NCBI GenBank assembly: GCA_965365575.1
Contig: CBDUCE010000016.1
Coordinates: forward strand, 452 to 24,451
DNA length: 24,000 nucleotides
From: an uncultured Gammaproteobacteria bacterium
Lineage (GTDB): Bacteria > Pseudomonadota > Gammaproteobacteria > Steroidobacterales > Woeseiaceae
Direction of reading: 5' to 3'
Shown: positions 1-6,881 of the stretch, one piece after another
Layout of the letters: each line of letters begins with the position of its first letter
Position numbering within the stretch: the first letter of the stretch is position 1
Translations under genes and position numbers: made by a program
Notes under the pieces: model-generated
Databases searched by the model: none
Told to the model about the DNA's origin: nothing
Seen by the model: only the letters and a program-made list of their open reading frames with translations

Positions 1-2
1 AG

Positions 3-335
3 CATTTCGGCCAGACGGCGGAGCACTTCAAGGCCATCGGCCGCGAGTACCGCGAGCTCTACGAGCACATGGCGGGCGGCGCCGACTCATTGTGCGATCG
101 CGACGCGCTCGACACCAAGTTGTCGTTCGCGCCGACAGCGATACTGGAATCGATCGCCGAAGAGCAGGAAGCGCCGGCGCCCCGGGACTTTGCGGACGAA
201 GACCAGCCCGCCGAAGCGGTCGCGGAGTCGTCTGACGAGCCGGTCACTGCCGAGCCCGAGAAAGAACCTGTCGAGGCGCTGAGCCCGGACGCGGAAACAG
301 AAGACGGCGACAAGGCCGCGCGCACGCTTCACTGA
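3..335 (+). CDS. 3' end of a gene that starts upstream of the window; hypothetical protein with an acidic, disordered C-terminal tail
   Basis: Frame 3 is open from the window edge (HFGQTAEHFKAIGREYRELYEHMAGG...) to TGA at 333-335. The tail is rich in E/D/P/A. A GC hairpin follows at 345-369. No family recognised. Confidence 0.5.
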   Translation, partial: HFGQTAEHFKAIGREYRELYEHMAGGADSLCDRDALDTKLSFAPTAILESIAEEQEAPAPRDFADEDQPAEAVAESSDEPVTAEPEKEPVEALSPDAETEDGDKAARTLH

Positions 336-344
336 TACGAAGCA

Positions 345-369
345 GGCGAGGCGCATCTTGCGCCTCGCC
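345..369. terminator. Perfect 10-bp GC hairpin between convergent genes (putative bidirectional terminator)
   Basis: GGCGAGGCGC (345-354), loop ATCTT, GCGCCTCGCC (360-369). It starts 10 nt after the stop at 335. There is no clear U-tract on either strand. Confidence 0.45.
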
Positions 370-389
370 CGGGGCGGCACTCAAGTGCC

Positions 390-457
390 ACAAATCGTTT
401 TCCCTGCGATTTGTCGTGCTCCCGGGACTCTTCAGCAAGTCCCTGCCCTTGGAGCAC
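390..457 (-). terminator. Structured region directly after the stop of the 458-2167 gene (two or three stems); terminator-like or mRNA-stabilising
   Basis: Outer stem GTGCTCC (416-422) / GGAGCAC (451-457) encloses GGGACT (424-429) / AGTCCC (438-443). A second stem is ACAAATCG (390-397) / CGATTTGT (407-414). No U-tract. Confidence 0.3.
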
Positions 458-2167
458 CTAGTTCGCGGCTGGCGCCCGGCAACAGGTACGCGGGTCCAGC
501 TCGGTAATGTAAATACCCGCCATGTCGTCTTCCTCTTCAGCGCCTTCGAATCCCATCTTGGCGTTGATGGCGAGCCAGTCGCCACGCAGTCCTTCGCGCT
601 CGATGCCGACCTCGATGATTTTCGAATCGACCGGCGCTTCGGGATCGAGCAGTTGACCGTCCATGGTCGTATCGGCAACAGTAAGGAACGGTGACCGGCC
701 CGGACCTTCTCTCAGGTAGATACCGTCGACACCGGCCGTGCGCGCCTTGAAGGCGCTCCTGAAGGTCGCACCAGTATTTCTCGACACCGCGAGATACGCC
801 GATGAGCGCCAGCGGACGGACTCGCCGTCCTCTTCGCCGCCTTCCTCGCCGTTGCCGTGGTGGCCACCGCCCGTGCACGGCGCCTTGCCCGCATAGTTCC
901 AGAACAGGAAGTCGTCGAATCCCTTACCGGTTTTCGCCAGCAGGTGCGTACGTTTCGTCCGCGTGTCGTGGACGAAGATGCCCTGGTTAACCGGAACTTC
1001 GCGTTCCTGGTAGCAGCCCGTGTCGTCACAGATGCTGCCCGGGTCACCCTTCAGCTCGCCCGTGTCCTCGCAGACCAGCGCTTTGTTGCAGTAGGCCCTG
1101 CGGTCCTTGTTGCCTTCTGTCGGGCAGTAAAGCTTGAGCGAGCGGGTCTCCGTGCCCCAGGCGCCCCAGAAGCCGACGTAGCGGCCGTCGAAGGCGATGC
1201 CTTCGCCGAGCGCATTGAAACGGGCCTTGGTCGCATCACCGGGGACGCGCTGTCCGATGCTGACCAGTGTCCTGAGCCTCGGGGTAGGCGCGAGCGGCGC
1301 CATGTAGATGCCGCCCAATGCCGGGGCCCACTCGTTGTCGAAACCGGCAAATACGACCTTGTGATCGGCTGCGTTTGGCGGTGCAGTCGAACCGAAGTAC
1401 GTCCTGGTGCCGGGAATATAGGTTTCGGTGCTGGCGATGTGAAACGCCGGGTGCAATCCGCCGGCAGGCTCCGGTAACACACGCCGGAAGAAGACGCCGG
1501 TCTTCTCCGTGCCGCCTTCTGAATAATTGCCCTTGAACGCGATGATGTTGCCATTCGTTATCGAGGGTGCGCCCGGGAAAACTTCAAACGGAACGAGAGT
1601 CTTTCCCGGCACACCGAAGAAATCGAACTCCTGAACGTGGCCGAGCTTGGCGGCACCTGTTATCAGCTCGCCGTCATACGGGTTACTGTAGATACCGGTC
1701 GTGCCGGCACGGGTTTCTGTACCGTCGGGTTCGTAGTAGCGATGCACCGGTTGATGATTGCCGCGTGTCGCGATCGTGTTCGTATGCATGTCGATACGCG
1801 GGAACGACGGCGTTTCGATAAATGTCGATCCCAGATCGTTCGGTTCGGGCACGAACGTGGTCCTGTCGAGAACCCGGACGATTTCGCTGTCCGCCTGCCC
1901 CATGTCGCGCGTGTAGATGCCATGCGTCGCGGGCCCGAGCGGCGGTCCGCCGCGGCTGCGCGCCCGCACGACGACCATGCCCCTGGTGTTGACCGAGGGT
2001 GGGTTGTAACTGTTGAAAGTTCGTCCCCGTGCAAACGGCATCAAGTCGTTGTTGTTAATGACGGTGTTCCATTGGAAGACGCTCTCCTTTTCGTCCGCGA
2101 CTGCAGTACCTGTTACCACCGCTGCCGCCACCAACAGATACAGGGATTTCTTGTACCTGGGGTTCAT
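458..2167 (-). CDS. Secreted hypothetical protein with about 7 internal repeats (beta-propeller-like; possibly the NxxGxxAF 'choice-of-anchor' repeat type)
   Basis: ATG at 2167 with AGGAGG 6 nt upstream (2174-2179). Signal peptide MNPRYKKSLYLLVAAAVVTGTAVA/DE. Recurrent G-[IV]-[YF] motifs: GIYTRD, GIYSNP, GVFFRR, GIYMAP, GIFVHD, GIYLRE, GIYITE. Several follow N/D-x-x-G-x-x-[AV]-F-like strands (NGNIIAFKG, DHKVVFAGF, DGRYVGFWG). Contains an acidic Gly/His loop, GGGHHGNGEEGGEEDGE. Confidence 0.85.
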   Translation of the reverse strand: MNPRYKKSLYLLVAAAVVTGTAVADEKESVFQWNTVINNNDLMPFARGRTFNSYNPPSVNTRGMVVVRARSRGGPPLGPATHGIYTRDMGQADSEIVRVLDRTTFVPEPNDLGSTFIETPSFPRIDMHTNTIATRGNHQPVHRYYEPDGTETRAGTTGIYSNPYDGELITGAAKLGHVQEFDFFGVPGKTLVPFEVFPGAPSITNGNIIAFKGNYSEGGTEKTGVFFRRVLPEPAGGLHPAFHIASTETYIPGTRTYFGSTAPPNAADHKVVFAGFDNEWAPALGGIYMAPLAPTPRLRTLVSIGQRVPGDATKARFNALGEGIAFDGRYVGFWGAWGTETRSLKLYCPTEGNKDRRAYCNKALVCEDTGELKGDPGSICDDTGCYQEREVPVNQGIFVHDTRTKRTHLLAKTGKGFDDFLFWNYAGKAPCTGGGHHGNGEEGGEEDGESVRWRSSAYLAVSRNTGATFRSAFKARTAGVDGIYLREGPGRSPFLTVADTTMDGQLLDPEAPVDSKIIEVGIEREGLRGDWLAINAKMGFEGAEEEDDMAGIYITELDPRTCCRAPAAN

Positions 2168-2183
2168 GGCTGTCCTCCTGGTT

Positions 2184-2206
2184 CCCCGGGCCTTTGCGGC
2201 CCGGGG
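2184..2206 (-). other. Intercistronic 9-bp GC hairpin between the two secreted-protein genes
   Basis: CCCCGGGCC (2184-2192), loop TTTGC, GGCCCGGGG (2198-2206). It lies between the stop at 2257 and the RBS/ATG of the downstream gene. On the mRNA (minus) strand no U-tract follows it, so it looks like a processing/stability or attenuating element rather than a full terminator. Confidence 0.4.
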
Positions 2207-2256
2207 TGTTTTGCCTGCTGTCGTCAGCTGGCGTTGTTATAAAGAGCGAGCGTGGC

Positions 2257-3822
2257 CTAGTGGCCGCCGCCTCCTCCGGTTACCCGGACGTTGCTGACCG
2301 CTGATACCGCGTTGTTACCCATGTAGGGATCCTCAGTCCCAGCCGCCGGCTCGACCACCGCTGTCCACGTGATCTTGGCGGATTCATGCGGCTCGCCGAT
2401 GGTGAAGTAGACCGTGCCCGTGCTGAAACTCAGGCCCGGCACGATTCCGTCGAACTCCCACACGAACGGGCCAGGCAGACCATCGACGAGGACGTCCCCA
2501 CCGGCATCCGTATTGGCGGTGACGGTGAGTATGCCCGCTGCCGTATCCGGTCCGGCATTCGCGACGGTAACCACGAACTCGCGGCCTTCCGTCGTCGCGA
2601 CGACCTGTTTCGGCACCTTCAGCCCGGACTTCGCGCTAATCGAGAGGTCAAACTCGTCGGTCGGGTCCGGTAATGGCGTGCACGGAACCGGGGTCTTGTC
2701 GGCGTCCGGAACGGCATACGTATGCATGAAGTGAATGACTTCACGCGTATCGTCGGCCGCTTCCGCGAAACCGCCGATATTGCCGCCGGAATAGCCGGGA
2801 TCGTCCAGGAACACAGCGGTCATTATTGGTCCAACGACGGCCTGGTATGATCCGCCTCCCAGATCCTGCAGGAACTCGAACATGCCGGTTTGTGGTACGT
2901 CCGGGGGTGGCGGGAGATACGCCGGCGACGGCAGTCCTGCCGGAGCCGCTCCGGCGAAGTTCGTCTGCCGGTCATAGTAGTAACCGGTGGCCGTACCGTC
3001 GGCGAGGCGAGTGTAGTCCAGGAACCATTTCTTGACGACCTCAATGTTACCCATCACTTCCATCTTGATATCTTTATCCACCTTGAATAGATAGGTATCG
3101 ACATTGGGATCAGTCAGTCCCATGATCTGGTTCAGGTAGACGAGCAGGTCGATGTTCACCTGGCCCGCCTTGTCCATCGCAACGCCGAAGCCCCTGGCGG
3201 CAGTTTCGAGTACGCCCGCACCTTGCGGCAGCGGCACGCCGATCTGGCCGTCCAGCATCAGGTACTTGTAAACCGCGAGGTTCTGCAGCGGCGAATCGAT
3301 CGTGCTGGTTACCAGCACATCGCCGACGTAGCGGCTGTAAACCATCCGGCCTGCCGCATCCAGCGATGTGCAGTCGGCAATCGCGAGGTTCACCAGCACG
3401 TCCTGAAGCTGCGATGCCAGGACTCTGTCCGAGGCACGCGACAGGTTGACGCGGCCGAAGTCCGCCTCTTCAACGCAGGTCGCGAATTCCGGCTCGATCG
3501 CACAGGTTGCCGGATCGGTCGGAACGAGCCAAACCTCGTCGATGTCATTCCAAATCAGGTCATCGGCAGGGCAGCCAACGTTTGCGGGAAAGCCGATCGG
3601 TTGCTGGCACATAGCAGCGTCTGTAATGGGCACGCCGCCTGCATCCCTGTAGAGGATGACAAGGTCGCCGTAGTCCGGTGGCTCGGGCGTTCCGCCACCG
3701 CCACCACCTCCGCCGCCCCCGCCGCCGCCACCGCCGCGTCCCTGGGCGAGCGTATCGCCGCTCAGGCCGACGGCGCCGACTGCGAGCGCGCCGAGTAATG
3801 TAAGAAGCAGTCTGGTCTTCAT
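2257..3822 (-). CDS. Secreted hypothetical protein with an N-terminal poly-glycine tract and a C-terminal CARDB/DUF11-like beta-sandwich domain
   Basis: I prefer ATG at 3822 (MKTRLLL...) over the track's GTG at 3831, because AGGAGG (3831-3836) sits 8 nt upstream of 3822. Signal peptide ends ...LSGDTLAQG. G15 run. C-terminal about 130 aa (REFVVTVANAGPDTAAG...GNNAVSAVSNVRV) resembles CARDB/DUF11 repeats. Ends GGGGGH. Confidence 0.85.
   Translation of the reverse strand: MKTRLLLTLLGALAVGAVGLSGDTLAQGRGGGGGGGGGGGGGGGTPEPPDYGDLVILYRDAGGVPITDAAMCQQPIGFPANVGCPADDLIWNDIDEVWLVPTDPATCAIEPEFATCVEEADFGRVNLSRASDRVLASQLQDVLVNLAIADCTSLDAAGRMVYSRYVGDVLVTSTIDSPLQNLAVYKYLMLDGQIGVPLPQGAGVLETAARGFGVAMDKAGQVNIDLLVYLNQIMGLTDPNVDTYLFKVDKDIKMEVMGNIEVVKKWFLDYTRLADGTATGYYYDRQTNFAGAAPAGLPSPAYLPPPPDVPQTGMFEFLQDLGGGSYQAVVGPIMTAVFLDDPGYSGGNIGGFAEAADDTREVIHFMHTYAVPDADKTPVPCTPLPDPTDEFDLSISAKSGLKVPKQVVATTEGREFVVTVANAGPDTAAGILTVTANTDAGGDVLVDGLPGPFVWEFDGIVPGLSFSTGTVYFTIGEPHESAKITWTAVVEPAAGTEDPYMGNNAVSAVSNVRVTGGGGGH
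3691..3735 (-). repeat. (GGN)15 triplet tract encoding 15 consecutive glycines
   Basis: Read directly on the minus strand: GGC GGT GGC GGC GGC GGG GGC GGC GGA GGT GGT GGC GGT GGC GGA, between Arg and Thr-Pro-Glu-Pro-Pro. Confidence 0.95.
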
Positions 3823-3900
3823 GATGTACACCTCCTTGAATTGGTGCTCAGTGGCTGAAGAGGTTGTATCTCGGCCACTGTAGGAAGCGTCACTCAGTCG

Positions 3901-3948
3901 TGTTTCCTACGTATTTCCGAACGGTGTGAAATTGTTACAGTGTGTTTC
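3901..3948 (+). promoter_or_regulatory. Copy A of a 48-nt conserved block (candidate OmpR-family operator / activator-dependent promoter)
   Basis: TGTTTCCtacGtATTTCCGAAcggtgTGAAaTTGTTACAGtgTGTTTC. 38/48 identical, ungapped, to 7671-7718. GTGTTTCCTA is repeated exactly 42 nt apart (3900-3909 and 3942-3951). Contains an extended -10-like TGtTACAGT (3933-3941). Confidence 0.55.
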
Positions 3949-3950
3949 CT

Positions 3951-4688
3951 ATGGACGCTGGACGACGTGACACTCACGCCAGCGATTCACATCTGCTGGT
4001 CGTAGACGACGACGAGGAAACTCGCGACCTCCTGTCGCTTTACCTGGGGCAGCAGGGATTCGACGTTGCCGTCGTCGAGGACGGCAAGACGATGGACGCC
4101 TGGCTCGCCGATAATTCGACAGACCTGGTCATACTCGACCTGATGCTGCCCGGCGAGGACGGCCTGTCTATCGCCAGGCGCCTGCAGAGCGACCACAAGC
4201 TGCCCATCGTGATGATCTCGGCCCGCGGCGAAGAACTCGACCGCATCGTCGGACTCGAGGTCGGTGCCGATGACTACCTGCCCAAGCCCTTCAACCCCAG
4301 GGAGCTTCTGGCGCGCATCCGGGCGGTTTTGCGCCGCAGCAGTCCCTCTGCCGGGCCCCACCCGGACCAAGGTACGGGCCATGAGTTTGGCGAATTTCGG
4401 TTTGACGGTGAACGGCGCGTTCTCTACCGCGGCACCGCTGAGGTGGATCTTTCGAAGGCGGAGTTCGACCTCCTGCAGGTGTTCGTCAGTCACCCTAACC
4501 GGGTGCTCAGCAGGGACCTGATCATGGACTGCCTGAGTGGCGGCGACCGGGACCCCTTCGACCGCAGCATCGACGTGCGGGTTACACGCCTGAGACACAA
4601 GATGGAAGACGACCCGTCCAACCCGAAGCTCATCAGGACGGTCTGGGGCATCGGCTACCAGTTCACCCCCAAAGGGGACGTGCCATGA
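3951..4688 (+). CDS. ompR: OmpR-family response regulator (receiver domain plus winged-helix)
   Basis: Close similarity by eye to E. coli OmpR across the whole length (LVILDLMLPGEDGLSI, RIVGLEVGADDYLPKPFNPRELLARIRAVLRR, RSIDVRVTRLR, TVWGIGYQF). The start is ATG 3951 or GTG 3942; neither has a Shine-Dalgarno. The stop overlaps the kinase start (ATGA). The orthologue-level symbol is an inference. Confidence 0.9.
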   Translation: MDAGRRDTHASDSHLLVVDDDEETRDLLSLYLGQQGFDVAVVEDGKTMDAWLADNSTDLVILDLMLPGEDGLSIARRLQSDHKLPIVMISARGEELDRIVGLEVGADDYLPKPFNPRELLARIRAVLRRSSPSAGPHPDQGTGHEFGEFRFDGERRVLYRGTAEVDLSKAEFDLLQVFVSHPNRVLSRDLIMDCLSGGDRDPFDRSIDVRVTRLRHKMEDDPSNPKLIRTVWGIGYQFTPKGDVP

Positions 4689-6136
4689 CTCTCTATCCGC
4701 GCTCGTTGCTCGGACGCACGGCGATCACCATCGCACTCACGCTGCTCGCTTTCATGGCGATATCCATGACTGCCGCCGTGTACTTCGTCTACAACCCGAT
4801 GGCTAAACGACATGCAGAGGATTTCGCCGGGATTATCGTCGCGGCGGCTCATTCGTTGCAGAGCCTGCCCGTAGACATGCACGCGGAACTGAAAGACCGG
4901 TTGCTGCAGGACCATGGCTTGATCGTTGCCGAACAACCCTTCGAATCGTTCGAAACCACATCAAACCTGCCGTTCTACCCGTTTTTTCACGAGGCGCTCC
5001 ATGAGCAGGCGGGTGAGGACCTGCGCATCGTCGAATCGGCGGACAGCCCGATCATCTGGGTGGACGTGCCGGCCCACGGCAAAATCTACAGGCTGGGCTT
5101 CGACAAGCAACGGCTCGGAATCAATCCGCCCGTTGTGCTGATCCTCGCAATCTGCGTCGGTGCATTGCTTACCCTGCTCGCGAGTCTGTTCGAAGTACGC
5201 AGGGTCGTCCGACCCCTCGATCGATTATCGCTGGCGGTGAAAAAGCTCGCGCGTGGAGGAAACCCGCCGCGGATCCTCGAAGAGGGTCCCGAGGAGATTG
5301 TCAGCCTTGCGAGGACATTCAACCGGATGTCGTCCGACCTGCAGCAACTCTCGGAAAACCGCACGGTGATGATCGCCGGCATTTCGCACGATCTTCGCAC
5401 CCCGCTGACCCGCCTCGGTCTCGCAGTCGAGATGCTGGACCAGGACTCGAACCCCGAACTGGTCGAGCGAATCCGCCACAACCTGGACACGATGAACAGC
5501 CTGATTGGGCAATTCCTGCAATTTTCGCGGGGCGTCGATGGCGAGTGCCCTGTCCAGTTGGACCTCTGGCAGGTGATCGAATCGCTGGCCGCCGATCTGA
5601 AACTCGAAGGGTCCGAGCTGAATTTGCACCGCAACGACCCGCCTTGCGTGTATTTCGCCGACGCGGTCGCCCTCGAACGGGTGCTGGCGAACCTGCTGAA
5701 GAACGCGGCGCAGCACGGAAATGGCAACCCCATCGACGTCGAGCTGCACTGTACCGACGACGCGGTCGCTATCGAGATATGCGATCGTGGCCCCGGCATT
5801 CCACACGATGAGTTGCAGGCCGTGTTTCGACCGTTCCATCGCGTCGGGGAGGCTCGCAGCCAGTCGCCCGGGGGCAGCGGTCTCGGCCTTGCAATTGCCA
5901 ATCAGCTCGCGCTGAAACACGGCTGGACGATACAGTTGCTCCCACGTGACGGCGGCGGGACGGTAGCCAGGCTCTCCCTGCCACCAGGTCAGCGCTTCGG
6001 ACTGTGTGGATCGTCAGCGCAGCGCCGGCAGAAAACGTTTGACGTGCAAACCGGCACCCCAGTCAGCGCCGCTGTCGGTAAGTCCTTTGAAGGCAAACAG
6101 CTGCAGACGCCAGTCGGCACTGAGCCGGTTCGATAG
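4685..6136 (+). CDS. envZ: EnvZ-like sensor histidine kinase (2 TM, periplasmic loop, HAMP, HisKA, HATPase)
   Basis: H-box GISHDLRTPLTRLGLAVEML. N-box NLLKNAAQHGNG. G-boxes DRGPGI and GGSGLGLAI. Translationally coupled to the regulator gene. The recognisable HATPase domain ends near 5986. The last 49 aa form an unconserved-looking tail that overlaps the convergent OMP gene. Confidence 0.88.
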   Translation: MTLYPRSLLGRTAITIALTLLAFMAISMTAAVYFVYNPMAKRHAEDFAGIIVAAAHSLQSLPVDMHAELKDRLLQDHGLIVAEQPFESFETTSNLPFYPFFHEALHEQAGEDLRIVESADSPIIWVDVPAHGKIYRLGFDKQRLGINPPVVLILAICVGALLTLLASLFEVRRVVRPLDRLSLAVKKLARGGNPPRILEEGPEEIVSLARTFNRMSSDLQQLSENRTVMIAGISHDLRTPLTRLGLAVEMLDQDSNPELVERIRHNLDTMNSLIGQFLQFSRGVDGECPVQLDLWQVIESLAADLKLEGSELNLHRNDPPCVYFADAVALERVLANLLKNAAQHGNGNPIDVELHCTDDAVAIEICDRGPGIPHDELQAVFRPFHRVGEARSQSPGGSGLGLAIANQLALKHGWTIQLLPRDGGGTVARLSLPPGQRFGLCGSSAQRRQKTFDVQTGTPVSAAVGKSFEGKQLQTPVGTEPVR

Positions 6137-6805
6137 GAACAAGCTGAGTTCCTGCGTCGGGTCCGCGCCTATCGACGACTCGCGGTAGTCGAAAAACATG
6201 CCGAGCCTTGCGTCGCGGGTGGCCTTGTAAATGCCGCCGGCGGAAGCCAGGAAGGCATCGTCGAGCACGGTGCCGGGCGGCTGGCCGCGGAACTTATGGC
6301 CGATCGAACCGATCCAGGTAAACCGATCCGCGAACTTGAGGAAATCTGCCTGCACCGTGAAATCATTCTCGCCGGTACCGAGCCCGTTTTCGACGTCGGC
6401 CGTTCCGAACTTGACCTTGCCGGTGAGATCCATGGCGAACCCCAGGCGCCGATTTCGGATAACGTCAAGGACCGTGACGCTGGCGATCACATCACCTATG
6501 CCGCTGTTGGTAACGATTTCGCCGGTGCCGGGGATCGGTTCGCCCCCCGGGCCCGTCACTACCGTTCCCTCGGGTGCCCTGACGCTGAGGTAGGGCACGG
6601 TAAGTCGGAATGAAAGGCGCCTGTAATCGATCGTCGCCTTGAGTGGCACGTAGAAGTCCTCGATGGCTTGATCACCGCCGTAGGTGCCCGTCGTGTATTC
6701 CGCGCCGGCCGCGAGTGTGAGTCGGGGCTTTTCGTCTTCCGCCACCGCCACGCTTAAAAGCAGAATCAGGCAGCCGAGCAATGAACTTGTCTGCACTCGC
6801 TTCAT
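6014..6805 (-). CDS. Small outer-membrane beta-barrel protein (resembles the 'MetA-pathway of phenol degradation' / transporter OMP family)
   Basis: Signal peptide MKRVQTSSLLGCLILLLSVAVA/ED. Alternating amphipathic strands. An early YTTGTYGG motif. Near-C-terminal ...GAGLHVKRF followed by LPALR. The family assignment is from memory only. Confidence 0.75.
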   Translation of the reverse strand: MKRVQTSSLLGCLILLLSVAVAEDEKPRLTLAAGAEYTTGTYGGDQAIEDFYVPLKATIDYRRLSFRLTVPYLSVRAPEGTVVTGPGGEPIPGTGEIVTNSGIGDVIASVTVLDVIRNRRLGFAMDLTGKVKFGTADVENGLGTGENDFTVQADFLKFADRFTWIGSIGHKFRGQPPGTVLDDAFLASAGGIYKATRDARLGMFFDYRESSIGADPTQELSLFLSNRLSADWRLQLFAFKGLTDSGADWGAGLHVKRFLPALR

Positions 6806-6824
6806 GCTGGTCTCCCTGGAAAAG

Positions 6825-6849
6825 GGGGGCCGGACAATTACCGGCCCCC
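6825..6849 (-). terminator. Rho-independent terminator-like hairpin between the DR-repeat protein gene and the OMP gene
   Basis: On the minus strand: GGGGGCCGG, loop TAATTGT, CCGGCCCCC, then CTTTTCC. The U-tract abuts the OMP RBS (AGGGAGA, 6811-6817) and the ATG at 6805. Confidence 0.6.
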
Positions 6850-6881
6850 AATCAGGAGGTCACCGAATACGGGGGACGGGG

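Noticed and set aside
3942-3950. GTG 3942 as the response-regulator start (the track start).
   Set aside because: Not excluded. ATG 3951 is in the same frame 3 codons later, and neither start has an SD. I chose ATG, but this does not change the product call.
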